64,000 nt of DNA from Podarcis gaigeae (lineage: Eukaryota): assembly GCA_964106915.2 (NCBI GenBank), contig OZ066921.1; one strand, 5' to 3'. Shown here one piece after another: positions 12,617 to 25,979 of the stretch (the first letter of the stretch is position 1; each line of letters begins with the position of its first letter). Made by a program: the position numbers and the translations under genes. A model generated the notes under the pieces. The model did not search any database. It saw nothing but the letters and a program-made list of their open reading frames with translations, and was not told the DNA's origin.

Positions 12617-13098
12617 CAGTGGTACCTTGGTTCTCAAACACCTTGGTACTCAAACAACTCGGAACCCAAACGCTGCAAACTTGGAAGTGTTCCAGCTTGC
12701 AAACATTTTAAAGCCAAACATGCTCCATTTTGAGTGCCACGCTTCCAATTTGAGTGCCACACTTCCGTTTTGAGTGTTACACCCAGGTCTGTCTGTTTTT
12801 GCTATTTATTTTGCGTTTTTGTTTGTTTTTTGGCTGTGTGGAACCCAGTTCAGCTACTGATTGATTGATTGTGTGACTGCAGTACATTGTTTATTGCTTT
12901 CATTTTATGGAGCAATGGTCTCATTAGATAGTAAAATTCATGTTAAATTGCTGTTTTAGGGGTTGTTTTTTAAAAGTCTGGAATGGATTAATCCATTTTG
13001 CATTAGTTTCTGTTGGAAAGCACACCTTGGTTTTGGAACGCTTTGGTTTTGGAACAGACTTTTGGAACGGATTAAGTTTGAGAATCAAGGTACCACTG
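12617..13098. mobile_element. Non-autonomous Tc1/mariner-pogo (Tigger-like) DNA transposon
   Basis: TIRs CAGTGGTACCTTGGTTCTC / GAGAATCAAGGTACCACTG, TA target duplication, and three internal TTTGAGTGCCAC-like repeats. Confidence 0.85.
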
Positions 13099-14559
13099 TA
13101 AAAGTGGTAACATGCCCCCCCCCCCAATTCAGCCTTAGTGGAGGTGACTGCGCTGAACCTATTTACTGCAGTAAATAAACTTTGGGACTCCTTCTTCAAC
13201 CCGACTCACGAGTAATTAATGGTACTAGTGAGACAGCAGATTTGCCCTGCAACAGTACAGTATGACTAATATATTATCAACTAGCCCCTAAGTCTCTTTG
13301 CAGCTCCCATTGCCCTTTCAGTGGAATAGCTTGAAATCGGAATTAACAGCCTGCATTTCTGTGACTCGCCTCCTCTGTAGCTAGCAAGGAAATGTATAAT
13401 TCTTGGTGGGCTATTTTAATAACATTGCAGGCTAGTAACTTGTGTGGATTTATTTACAAGCTTGCATTTTTATTCCATGTCCCTCTTTCATATCTGTCAA
13501 TCTCAAGACAGTGTCCGCACCCCCACATATTATATTCACAGCAGTCTTGTACAGTATATAAATATAAATGGATGGTTTATTTTGGTAGCTAACTGACAGG
13601 CAAAAAAAGAAGTTGCAAATGTGATTGGAACAATGTTGGAGAAATCCTGGTCAGTATTTTAAATTTTGGTTTTAGCTCTATCACGATAAAAAAAAATTGG
13701 TTGATAGACCTGATGAAAGTAAATAAGTAAATAAAATAAATAACAAGAGCAGAGTATATTGAAATCCCGTCAGCCATGAAGTACGCTGGGTGACCTTGGG
13801 CCATCTCAGTGTAATTTACCTCACAAGGTTGTTGTGAGGGTAAAATGGGTGAAGAGAAAAAGATGCATAGCACGCTGACCTCTTTGAAGGGAAGATGGAA
13901 CATAAATGCAGTGACATTTCAGTTTGGGGTGATGCCCTTTATTTTGCAGCACAGAGGTGCACAAATCCCAGCTACTGATTCAAGCTGCATTTAATTTAAC
14001 AAGCTAACAAGCCAAAAAATAAAAATTCATAACTTTGTTTCAAAAAGCTTCACGTAAAGAAGCGAGGAATGGGGAATAGTTTCAGACTCCTATCACACTG
14101 GAAAAAAGAGGCCTTTGGGTGGCTGATGCACTTTTAAAAACCATCATTGCCCTTGGGTTTTTCATTTTTGTTGTAATAGCCTTTCATCCAAATTAGGGGT
14201 GCGGGGAATTCCATCCAAGTCGTTTAGCTGAGGGGCTCGATCCCTTTCTTGGCTCATTCTATCTTATTTATATAGGTACAGTATATTCTTAATTACTCAT
14301 TGGTGCAGGGCAAACCACCCAAAATTTTGGAGGGAACCAGAGCATTCTGTGGACACTGTATTTTCCACTGATCTGCCCCGAGCATATTATTCTGCTTTTT
14401 AAGGCATCCCTTTGCCAACTTTTTTCACCAGCACTGTTTTTTAAAACACAGTGATTCTCCCCCTATTTCCCCCACAATGGTTCAGCCCAACTGTTGCTAG
14501 CTTCCTCCCCCTCAATAGTTTGAGCGGACTCCTCCTAACTACCACCCCACACCGCTCGA

Positions 14560-14830
14560 GCCCGAGACGCTCTCGTCGCTCATTGGCTCTCTCTTTTTTT
14601 GCAGTTGGGAGCGAAGAGCGACAGTTTAGCAGAAAGCACTCAAAGTAGCAACCTGGCGAAGCGCGGGGGCGAACGAATGATTTTTGTCTGGTCACGGGGG
14701 CTAAGGGAGTAATAAAAGGCCACTTTTCATTGGCTCGCCGTCCAAGCAGCGAATGATATGAATGCTGTGATTGGTTGTTTGACGTTGGAGTTAAAGGGAG
14801 TGCTCTAGGAACCGTTTTATGTGCATGCAT
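14560..14830. promoter_or_regulatory. Small CpG-rich promoter-like region with three CCAAT boxes; candidate DMRTC2 promoter
   Basis: Local CpG enrichment; ATTGG at 14582, 14729 and 14770; TGACGT near 14780. It lies 1.2 kb upstream of the first coding exon, which begins with a splice acceptor. Confidence 0.5.
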
Positions 14831-16041
14831 GAATGCTTGCTTGCCTTTTATAGCGTTCTGAAATACTCTTCAGTTCTCCTTTTCTTTTTGTCACGCCGAT
14901 CCACAAAAGTATCCCGTAGCCAATATATATATATATCTGTTTCAAAGTGACATGGTAATGCTATAAAAATGTTTCCTCAGAACCTTAATTAGCCTTCGGA
15001 AATAAAATCTGCATTCTCCTCACCCAACAATTTTTTCATAGTATTGACACACCTTCATTGTGAGGGCATCACTAGCAACCATCCCAAAGGATCCTGTCAT
15101 CCTGTCAAAAACAAGATGGTGTCACTATTGCCTGTAGTCACACTCAGTTACTTAACTTTGCTATCTAGTGACACAATTCCCTTGTAAACCCACAGTGTCC
15201 TGACTTTCACACAACTGTTGTGCCTTAACTTCACCTCATTTGGACACCGTGTATTAAGTGCCCTTCCAATACTTCCCCAACAGCAACCTGGCTTCAAACA
15301 CAGCCCAGCGTTTAAAAATTATGTCATGTTTCTGTAGTAATTCCATGGCATTGAGTCCCTCTCGGTCATGTCAAGATTATAGCAGCACATAATAAGGCTA
15401 CGCTACAAGTGTCTGTTTCATATTTCTCCAGAAGCAAATGTTGGTAATTTGGGTGGTCCAGGTGACAGTAGCCAGAGCAGGCCTTCGCATGAAGCGGTTG
15501 TTTTGTGCATCAAATTCCAGAGGGGTTACCATTCTCCTGCCTCTAATCTTCATCTCTGTGGCTGCAATCCAAAATATACTTACTTGAAAGTGAATCCCCT
15601 AGAAAAAATGCAAGGCTCGCTTCCAAGTATGGACTGGGATGTGCTTGTCATTAAAAATAAATAAAAATCAGCCAATTGCCTTAGGGTCATTTTCAATTTT
15701 CATACTGGGAGCAAAAACGTCAAAGGCCAGCCCAGGCAATCACACCTTTGACCTCACCCATTTATTACCCTCTGTTTGGGTAATCCTGATCCACCAGCAG
15801 CAGCGTGCAACTATCTAAAATGGGAAAGATGCCATTTTAGAGGCAAAGAAAATGTATCTTTTCAGGCATATTGCAAGATTGAGACGGGAGGGTATACATT
15901 TGAAGTGGTCAAGGAGTGCATTGGGAATCCTCAAAGCTGGTTCTAGTTAACAGTCAGGATGGGCGGCTCTGTTTGGATCGAAGAAATGGCTTCACATTCC
16001 GAGACATGATGTTTCTCCCCTGCCTTTCAGGTTCCCACACC

Positions 16042-19000
16042 ATGGGAGACAATGAGGATCCTGACGCTGCAGCAGCACCAAGCATGCAGTGCTCCCCTTC
16101 AGACTCCACCACAGATGACAGCAGCACCCAAGATGATTATGTGCTCCCCGCCATCGTACGCTCTCCAACTTGTGCCCGCTGCCGCAATCATGGCATCCGG
16201 GTCCCACTGAAAGGCCACAAGAACACTTGCCAGTTCCAGGGGTGCCAGTGTGAAAAATGTATCCTGATCCTGTACGTCTGGTGGGAAAGCAAGATGGAAG
16301 TGGGTGCTGGCCCCAGACATTGTGGGGATTTGTGCTGAACGTAGCACAGTGCTGGTCTCAGTAGGTGGCACTGTTCCCTTATGAATAAGGCCTTCGTCAT
16401 ATTAAGCTGCAAGTACTACCTCTCCCCTTTGTGCTTTGCTAGCTCCGCGGCAAGCCCATTAATACTTGCAATGATGTACAGCACAATGTTTTTCTTTTTA
16501 AAGTACACTCCTTGCAGCTCCTTGCTCGGTATCCTAAAGGACGAATCTGTATGCAAATGTGCATGGATCACTTAGAAAACTGGAAAAAGGCAATCTTGGG
16601 AGGGTATGACCAGGAAGGTTAAATATGCATCTGAAACTCCAAAGCAGGGCAGGCCAACTTTTCATACCAAGTAGGCCGCAAGAGTCCTTCAACATGGAAC
16701 CAGCAGGCTACATACACGGCCTTGTCCATAGCTGTCAACCTTCCCTTTTTTTTGCGGGAAATTCCCTTATTCCAGCCCTGCTTCCGGAATGTTAGATATC
16801 CTGTAGACTGTCCCTAGGACAGGTTAGGCTACTGATCCCTTATTTTCAAATCTGAAAGTTGACAGCTATGGCCTTGTCACATGGGAGGAGGAATGCAAGG
16901 CCAAAACTTGATGCTCCCACCCCAAACCTTTGCACTGCCTTTCCAAAGCCGACTAGCAAGACGCCATGCTTTGCAAAGGAGGAGCTAGGCTCCGGCAGGG
17001 TTCTAGATCCCTCTCACTTCCTTACCAAAGCTGAGGAAGCACTAACTAGGCTTTGGGAAGGAGGCGGTAGGACCTTAGGACCCTGCCAGAGAGCCCTCAC
17101 ACCTTCTTCCCAAAGCCTAGCCCAGGAGCGGGGGGATCAAATGTTGCCAAGGGCTGCAAAAAAGGCCTCAAAGGCCATGTGTTGGACCACCCTGCTCCAA
17201 AGCGAGAAAAGCAGGTTTTGTTACATCGTAGGGAAAAGGCCAAGAACTCTTTGCTTGTGTGTGATTTGTATTTGCCCACTCTACCACTTTAATTCTTCAT
17301 TTATTTAATGGTTTCTCCTCCCAGGCAGAGACGCCGGGTCATGGCTGCCCAGGTGGCCTTGCGCAGGCAGCAGGAGATGGAGCTGAGGAAGCTGACCAGT
17401 GGTTTGCTGCAGCTTCAGGACAGCCCCACATCAAGCTCTCTCCACCCGGCCAAACTACCAAAAGGGATCAAACCTTGCAGGGGAGACATAGGTAAGCTGC
17501 TATGAGAACAGGAAAACATGGGACATTGAATTACTTTTATATAATTTTTTAAAAAATGCAAAGGACTGAACTGTACTCCTCATTGATCCAAATTTGCTTC
17601 CAGTCCTACATGTGTTTAGTATTATAGCATTTAGCATTAATTATATATACAATCCCATCAGTTTATATGGGAGCAACTGACTTTCTCTCGCCTCTGAGTT
17701 CTAAAACAAAAGAACACCATCAGAGAAAAAGGCGGGCATAAATACATATATAACAATAATAACACAGGCTGCCAAACATAGGGGAGCAGAAAATATATGT
17801 CCGATGTGAATGGCTGCAATGAAATAAATGAGGATTTGTGCTGGCAAGGAATGATTTTTGCAAATTCAGCTCCATGAGCCCTTGCAAACAGATGCTTTGA
17901 ACTTAGATGGAAAAGCTGATTAGGAGTACACACAAAAACTAATGAGTGGGAAGAGAGTTAAGTGTGTTTTCCTCACAGTTTTCCATGCTCCAAAATTCTC
18001 CACCTGAAACTGATTTCTCTCCCCCCCCCAAAAAAAAACCTGTTTGTGGGGTGTTTGTTAAAATGTGTATGTAGTTTTGTCCTTAGGATCAGGGACTAAG
18101 GGACTGCTGCAAGTCCAGCAACCTTTGGCTCTTTCTCTCCTTGAAAAAAATCCATTCACGCTGGTATTTAGAAGCATTCTGTGTCTGTGTTTGTTTTTTT
18201 AATTCTCCTTCCCATTTCCTTTTTTCTTTTGTTTGTCATGTCTTTTAGGTTGTAAGACTGTGGGCAGAGACTGTTGCACTACTGACATTTGTAAGCCAGC
18301 TCTAGGAATCTTTTTTGGCTGAAGACTGAGTAAAAATGTCTTTAAAAAATAAATACCGTATCATAGGAGGTAAATTGGCTGCTTGTCAGATTTTAAGTAA
18401 TAAATACACTTATTTATTTTAAGTATTTTTTACTCCATTATTTTGCACTGAAAAGGCTCCTCTTGAGCCTTTTACTAACAATTTTTGTAAGACAGTCCTT
18501 GCCCTCAAGCTTACAATCTAAATGTTGTGGCAAACAAGGGGAAAGCGGGAAGGCATCAGTTCTTAAAGTTTCAGTTCTTAAACAACCAACTTCAGATAAT
18601 CTGATGGAATAGTGCTGCTAGGGGACAGCTCAGGGAGGGTCGAAGGTGTTAGTCTCTCATCAGAGCAGACCTGTGAGGGGGATGCAGCCGGGTACACTTG
18701 CCCCAGACCTTGGAAGGCTAAGATGGCCAGGGTGCCCTGCCAGGGGCTTGCTGGACCCAGTGGCGTAGCATGGGGGTGCAGGGGGGGCCGGTCACACCGG
18801 GCGCAACATCTGGGGGTTAGGGTTAGGGGGCGCAAATCCACGGGTTAGGGGGCGCAAATTTCCTGCCTTGCCCCGGGTACTGACAACCCACGCTACGCCA
18901 CTAGCTGGACCTATGCTGTTATGCCAAGAACAAGCCTCAGGCCCTGGGTCTCAAACAAGCTCTGCACAGACCTGCAGCAGAGTCAATGAAATAGCCCTGC

Positions 19001-22000
19001 TTCCCTTTGCTGTGCAGCATGACAGACACCAAATGAACTACCATTACATGACTTTTTCAAAATTCAGGCAACATTCCAGTTCACAGCTAGTGACCCACAA
19101 GCTTCTTCTCTTTTGTTGTACAGGCAGGAAAGAGAATGAAGAACCCTTGAAAGATTCAGAGGATGGACTCAGAGGGGTTCCTGGACTCCTACGAAGACAA
19201 AGGCGGAGAGCAGCCAGGAAGGTGAGGAAAAGGGACTAGATCACTTATCTTGTCTTCTTATTTGATGGGGTCATTTTAACAGTAGATTGTGGTTGGCACT
19301 TGCAGAAAGAGATTTCCGGTCTTCTCTTTATACTGGCAACAATATGCCTTTTTCAAAGCTAAACTCAGCTTTGTTGTCATGGAGTTGTTAGCAAAATGGC
19401 CAGGAAATGAGAAATGAAATAAAGCTGGAAGCCTTGAAATGTAGATGTCTTGATATCATCAAATTAAACATAAAGTAGCCAGCCTCATATACGTTTGCCA
19501 GCATAACACTGGAGTCACTATTAGCACTTAGGGGTGTTTTATTTTTGGTACGGGCTGCTTCCCCTTATATATCCAACCTGAGCCTGTGGAACTCCTTGCA
19601 ACAGTAGGCTTGGCAGGCGTGGGCAGTGCCAGACAGTGGAAAGGTGTTCTCCCTGGCAAAATGCTCTGGAATCTAGGTGTAGCCTGTGATGCCTCCCTTT
19701 GTTTCCTTCAATCCTTTAAGATCTAGGAGACTTGACTGATTCTCTGGCTATAACCTCACAGAGAATGTCCCCTATCATGCTATCAGGATTTCCCAAAGTT
19801 AATTAATATATTTCGTGTCAATTAATGATTTGAGCAAAAACTTTTTTAAAAATTGCTTCTTTTATTTGATGTTTGCAATATTTATAAGCTGTATTTGCAT
19901 TGCATTGTGCATTGTTCTCTAGGAATGTTCTTGGTTGCCTCTCCCTCACTGCTCTAAAGTGACAGAACTGCCGTGGGCCCTTAGAGGACATCAACCACCT
20001 CATACTGCTTGGTTCCCACCTCCGCTTCCTATGCCCCCTGCACCCTTCTGCCCATTCTTGCCTCAGGAACATTCTTTTCAATTTCAAGGTACGTTAGGTG
20101 GGTGACCAATTTCTCTAGTAATAAATCTGGTGTAATCTGTTTATTTAATTTGTTGCATTTAGTAGTCCGCTCTTCATTGAACATTTTCAGTCACAGAGCA
20201 GGCAACAACTAATAAAATTAAACAAAGTAAAAACAGCAGCATACAAAAATTACAGAAAAAACCTCGACAACAATTCTGTCACAAGGGAAAAAAGCAAAAC
20301 TACAAAAACCAAATACTGTGGTAAATAACAAACACAAGACAGCCAAGCGTTTTAGACAAACAACAGTCTTAGAAAGAGTTTCTGCTCCCTGTTTCACATA
20401 TAGAAGCCCACTCACTCGCCCTCTGTCTCTCATACAAACAGGACCCCACTCTGAGCCAACAGACCCTCACCCTATGATTTGATGCCTAATATTTTAGTTG
20501 CATGTACCGTAATTAAGAAAACCTACATGATCATAGCACATGCTTCGAAAGATAGACTGCACTTCTTATACTATAATAGCAATTATTATAAGAACTTAAT
20601 GTAACCTTCCAGCATCCTGGTGTTCTTTGAAACAGTCCTGAGGAACGAGGTGTTGCTTCAGAAAGGCTGGCCCTAGTTCTGGTTTCTTATACAGTGGTAC
20701 CTTGAGTTACAGACGCTTCAGGTTACAGATGCTTCAGGTTACAGACTCCACTAACCCAGAAATAGGACCTCGGGTTAAGAACTTTGCTTCAGGATGAGAA
20801 CAGAAATCGTGCAGCAGCGGCAGCGGGAGGCCCCATTAGCTAAAGTGGTGCTTCAGGTTAAGAACAGTTTCAGGTTAAGAACGGACCTCCAGAACAAAGG
20901 TACCACTGTATTGTAAACACCATGTTGGCCTCTGTATTCAGGATCTGATCACTGAGCTTGTTTTCCACCCCCTGCAGGTTGTGATGGTAATGAAGCATTG
21001 TACATGCCAGATAGTTACATGACAGCTCCAGGACAGATGTTTCACCAGACCCCTGGCACGTCCTGGTGCTTACCTTCACCTGCCAATCTGCCCAGGTATT
21101 TTGTGTATGGCATTCCAGCATCGGGAATATTTAAAGCTAAGTAACGGTCTGTGACTGAAAATTTAAAAACATGAATATGTCTCTATAACTGCTAATCAAC
21201 CAGGAAGACTTAACTGTGGGTGACTGAAATCTTTGCTCATTATAGTTGTAAAAACTATAATATAGGTCAGTATGGATATTTCCATATGCAAAATAAATTT
21301 AATGACTGCTTAATTTGCATATGAGAACACATTTCTGGTGAAAATAAGGGAATTCTATCACAATGATAAGAAGAAGTCCTTGCAGAGTTATATAGTAAAA
21401 AGAATGTGGACATTCACTAGAGTTGCTAGATCTTTAAAGAGGTGGCCCTGGCCATATCACATTCCCAAGCATAACATGTTGGATGAGGTCTGTAAAAAGT
21501 AACATAGCTCCAGAGTAAGTTTGAACTTTTGAGCTGGCAATTCTACCACCTGTCCACTCACATTTTGCCCACACTATATGATGAAATATTTGCTCTCTAT
21601 GAAATATTTTCTTGTCCAACATGTTTATGCACATGGCAGTTGTGTAAACACCCTAAGGAAAGTCTGGCAGCTGTAATGTTCTGTCTCCCTGCTCTGCTGA
21701 GGATTCAAAAACAAGAAGCCAGGACAAGACAGAGAACAAATAGTTGGTAATAGCACCTCTGGGTATTAATCACATGGTTGATTTAGCCATCAGGTAGTGC
21801 CTCCCACATGTGGGAATGAACATGCCTTTTGGCTACGATCCTAAGTGTACTTAGCATAAATGTTCAATTAATGTCAATAGGACTGACTTCTGCCACAATG
21901 TTTACAGTATCAGGGTGTATATTAGCTCACTAATCCCAAGAAAGGGCTAATCCAGCTAATGTCAGGGCTGTTGAGGAATAAGTCTCACTAGGCACAATGC

Positions 22001-25000
22001 CCATGATTTAAGATGGGTTATTTATTAAATGATCTACTTCTCTGTGTAACTTACATTGTAAGTAGAAGGTAAAGTTACTAAAGTAATTACAGTGAAGTCA
22101 AAGGGAAGTACAAAAGGTAGAGTTTACTATAGAAATTTATGAGAAACAAAGCAGATAAGCTGATGACCCTTTTGGCCAACTTCTGTTTTTTGTTTTTTTT
22201 TAATAGAATATTTATTAGCATTTTCACAAGTTTTATAGAACACAAAAATCACACAAAAAGGACACAAAAGGTAAAATCCAAAAATACATATATAAAAAGA
22301 AAAAGAAAGAAAAAATCGAAAAAACAAACAATAATCACATGTATAACTTCATTCCCTTATATTCGTGAAAATATCTTTCCCGACCTCCTCATACCTTTCC
22401 ACACTGCATTCCATTCTCTAATTTATTATCTTCAAAAAATCCTTCCCTTAATTTTAATTAAATTTCTTAAGATTTCCTTCCATATTACATGATAATTACA
22501 GCTAGCAACCCCTTAATTTCAGCATCAACATCATCTTAACATTCAACAATTTTATAATGTTTCTTAAGATAATCTTTGAATTTCTTCCAATCCTCTTCCG
22601 CAATCTCCTTCCCCTGGTCTCAGATTCTGCTGGTCATCTCTGCCAGTCCCATATAGTCTATAACTTTCATCTGCCATTCTTCCATGGTGGGTAGCTCTTC
22701 TGTCTTCCAATACTTTGCAATAAGTATTCTTGCTGCTCTTGTAGCCTTTTGGCCAACTTCTGTTGCTGAAGGAAATAGTCAAACTTTGCAGTTACACAGA
22801 AGTCTTAATCTAGAGCAGGAGTGGGGAACTTCAGACTCAGGGGCTGAATGTGCCCCTCAGAACTCTCCCCAGCAACACACCTCAATAGCCCTGTTCTGCA
22901 CCCAAGATTTTTTGCCTGGTTGGAATACGTTCTTGAAGTGTGGTGATGTTCTTTCCTTGCCTGGATGGAGGGTGAAGAGGGGAAACCTCTGACTTTTGCT
23001 TGGCTTACAACAAAGAAAGCATCACATCCACTGCTCCACCCACTTTGGGGCATACATGCGGCCCCCAGATGGTTACTCACAAGGGAGTGAAACAAGGGGC
23101 TGAAAAACATTCCTATCCCTGATCAAGAAGAATCTAGAGGAAGCACAAAATCACAGATAAGAAGTAGATATAGCAAAGACAGTGCTGGAATAATTGTCTT
23201 GTTATGAGTGGAACCAGAGGGTGGTATATGCCTTTACTGCTAGAATAATGTATTTGCACAAATTATTTAAAGAACAATTTTAACAGTTCCATGTAACTTC
23301 AGGTCCTGTATGAATAAACAGAAATTGCTCCATGAAAGACACTACCTAATCTATTATTTATCTTTTATTCTCTGGCACTGGTACAGCAACAGCTGTCTAT
23401 ACTAACAAACATTTACTGCAAACAGCAAGTTGTGGGTGGAAATGTAAAGTGAACTTGGGAGAATGACAGATGCAGAAGCCCCTCTTCCCCCTCAACAGTT
23501 TGTGGTTTAGCAAGGACAGAAGGCGAGTGGGAGACAAGCTGCCAGTAAGGAACTTTATAAACAGGATTGAATGTGCTCTCTGTCTTTCTCTCTCTTCCCC
23601 CTCCCATCCACCCTCTTCCAGCCGCATGGCCCTGAATCCCCTGAGTGGCAACATGGATTTCAGCAGACGTCCAAAGGCTGCACCTTTGGGAGGTCAGGTA
23701 TTTTGGTCCTTGTGTCTTGCACAAAAATTGCCCGTGAGCTGGAATTATTACCTTCTCCCTCCTTCCTGAAAGATGGGAAGACACATTTCAGTGATCTTGC
23801 AGGAGGTAGCGAAGCTGGCAGTCGGAATTATTTAGTCTGCCCTGTTCTGTGGGAGGGTGAATACACACATGCCAATGTATGGTAAGGATTCTCTCCTGAT
23901 GTCTCTCCAGTTGGTGACTCACAGGTGTGTTAGCTTGTCACAGAGAAATGGAGAGCAGTTCAAGGTCTTGGAATGGGCAACCTCTTTACTAATAGTAGAA
24001 CTCATGCTTCCCCTATAAAAGTCCCATGATCCATTTTGTAGGTGATTGCTTCTCTGCCGTAAGAAGGCCCCAACTTGCCAGGGCCTTATATTGGTAGAGG
24101 GCTTTCATGGGCTGGTCCAGTGGTTTAGTGGGAGAGGGTGAAAGTGGGACAGTCAGCCAGTCATGCTCTTTGGTCTAATGTTAAGTTATGAAATGCCATA
24201 GCTCTGGCTGCAAAAGAGGAACTGCGTTGGAAACAGTAAACATTATCCCTTGAAAAGTGAAACAACTCTTATTCCTTTCCAGCCCTTTAAATTGGACTAA
24301 GCAGAATGCACAGCTGGGGAGAACACGAGCAATGATTGGCAAGGCTAAACGATATCCATTCAATCAAAGAATTGTTATTTGGCACAGGCAATTGGTAAAA
24401 TGACTAATAATTGGTCTGTATTTCACTCTGTATACGTGGAAAGCAGCCAGAGTTGCATCTCCATCCTATTCTAATCAGAAACCTTTATTAAAATATTCCA
24501 TGTTGCAAGTGCCCATACCACAGGCCAACCTGGGGTTAGATTAAAGTTGAGGACCTACAACTGTCTTGCTGCAGAGGCCGGTTGTGTGTCATTCTTATTG
24601 CTGCTACCACTTTCCTTTTTTCTTCTTAACTCTGGTGAGGAAAAGGAATCCAGAGCTATGAGCTGGTTACCTGCATGGGTGAAGCTTCAGCTAGCACCTT
24701 CTCATCAGGGTAACACTTCATGCTTCTGATAAAGTGGACTGTAACCCACAAAAGCTTATACTATAATACAATGGTTAAGTCTTTTAATGTGTTGCAGGTC
24801 TCTTTGTTCTTTCCCACCAGCAAAGAAGGATGCAAGATTTACCCTGCTCTTATTCTGTTTCCCAAACCCTGCAAAAAGAACAAGCAGAATCTGTACATGA
24901 GACGTTCATTAATCTAGTTCATGTCTGTTTGTTAATCAAGAGGTTAATAGTCTCTCCCCCTCTCTCTTCAGCCAACCTCTTCTGCTCATGTTTCTGTCTG

Positions 25001-25979
25001 GCCCACCAGGGGGTTTATCTTCTCCCCCCTTTCTGAACAACAGCTGCAGAAAGAGGCTGCTGAAGCCCTGATGGTGCTGAGAAATGCTCCCCAGCCAGGT
25101 CCCATTTTGGCCACTTCCAGTCTTCTGCCCCCTACCAGCTCTGCACCTGCTCTGTTGGCCTCATCAGCTTTCACATGCCCCTCATCAACATTTCACAATC
25201 CTGGGGTGACCAGTCCCTTCCAGCAGCATCCCTCATACTACATGCCTCCATGTGACATTCAGCCTGTAAAGGCTTCCAAGGACATAGCTTTGAAAGGAAC
25301 CCAGCTGTCCCCAGAGTCAGTTAGTGCTCATGGAGAACAGGCCCCCGGGCCTCTTTTCCTTCCTTTACTCCATGGAAGTGCTCTTCCCCAGCAGTACAAA
25401 AATGTCCATCTATTCTCAATTGCTCCACCCCGGGCACCCCAAGTGGCTACTTCTGTAATGGTTTCCAGCATCCAAGCTGTCAAACCCAGCCTCAGAGGGA
25501 CTTCCAGTGTCAGCCACCACCATTTTGTCCCAAACATGGCAACCTACCACACAGCCTCAGGCTCCATGCCGCATACCATCTGCATGCCACAAACTGTAGA
25601 CAGTGGTTGGATTTCAGAGACAAATGTTGAAGTCCTTGCTCCATCCAGCTCCACTCACAGTGGCCCTCAAATTCTGCCCTTCTGTGTCCCACCAATGGAT
25701 GTGTCTGTCACTTCAGTGCCCCTACAAACTGGCATTCCATGCACTCCATTTGGGATGGAACTGCACATGCTTCCTAGGCTGTCACTGTTGAATCCTACCC
25801 CCTACATTATAGCTCAGGAAGGTTTCCCAGAGCCAGTTTCCCCCCCAGGGCAGAAATCACAACAATGCCATCAGCAGCAGAGCCAAGAAGGAAAGCATTC
25901 CAGCAAGGGACAGGAAGGAGAAGAACATGGCAGAAGCCACAATGCGCCAGGGAGCAAGGATCCAGAAGGTACACTATAG
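16042..25979 (+). CDS. DMRTC2: DM-domain transcription factor, DMRTC2 (DMRT7)-like, about 620 aa
   Basis: Exons 16042-16271, 17325-17491, 19124-19221, 19923-20088, 20978-21095, 23622-23697 and 24972-25979 total 1863 nt with compatible phases and GT-AG boundaries. The DM domain [12 protein letters not shown]...KGHK...[10 protein letters not shown]|[17 protein letters not shown] is intact. [15 protein letters not shown] and [16 protein letters not shown] resemble mammalian DMRTC2 as recalled, and linkage to CIC/PAFAH1B3 agrees. Middle exons 5-6 are less certain. Confidence 0.85.
16727..16870. mobile_element. hAT-type MITE in the DM-domain intron
   Basis: Perfect 13-bp TIR CATAGCTGTCAAC and perfect 8-bp TSD GCCTTGTC (16719-16726, 16871-16878). 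Confidence 0.9.
18758..18903. mobile_element. hAT-type MITE containing TTAGGG hexamers
   Basis: TIR CAGTGGCGTAGC / GCTACGCCACTA; perfect 8-bp TSD GCTGGACC. Confidence 0.88.
20692..20908. mobile_element. Tc1/mariner-pogo MITE
   Basis: TA-CAGTGGTACCT...AGGTACCACTG-TA; same family as 31009-31237 in the opposite orientation. Confidence 0.88.
22190..22745 (-). mobile_element. L1/Tx1-like LINE 3' fragment
   Basis: The - strand reads [28 protein letters not shown], typical of the ORF2 C-terminus, followed by a T-rich 3' UTR and A tail. Confidence 0.65.

Noticed and set aside
12718-12790. Short regularly spaced direct repeats resembling an array
   Set aside because: They are internal repeats of a DNA transposon in a eukaryotic genome, with no unique spacers, so not CRISPR.
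15916-16338. 140-aa ORF taken as a stand-alone truncated DM protein
   Set aside because: It is the first coding exon plus flanking intron. The DM domain is completed by the exon at 17325.
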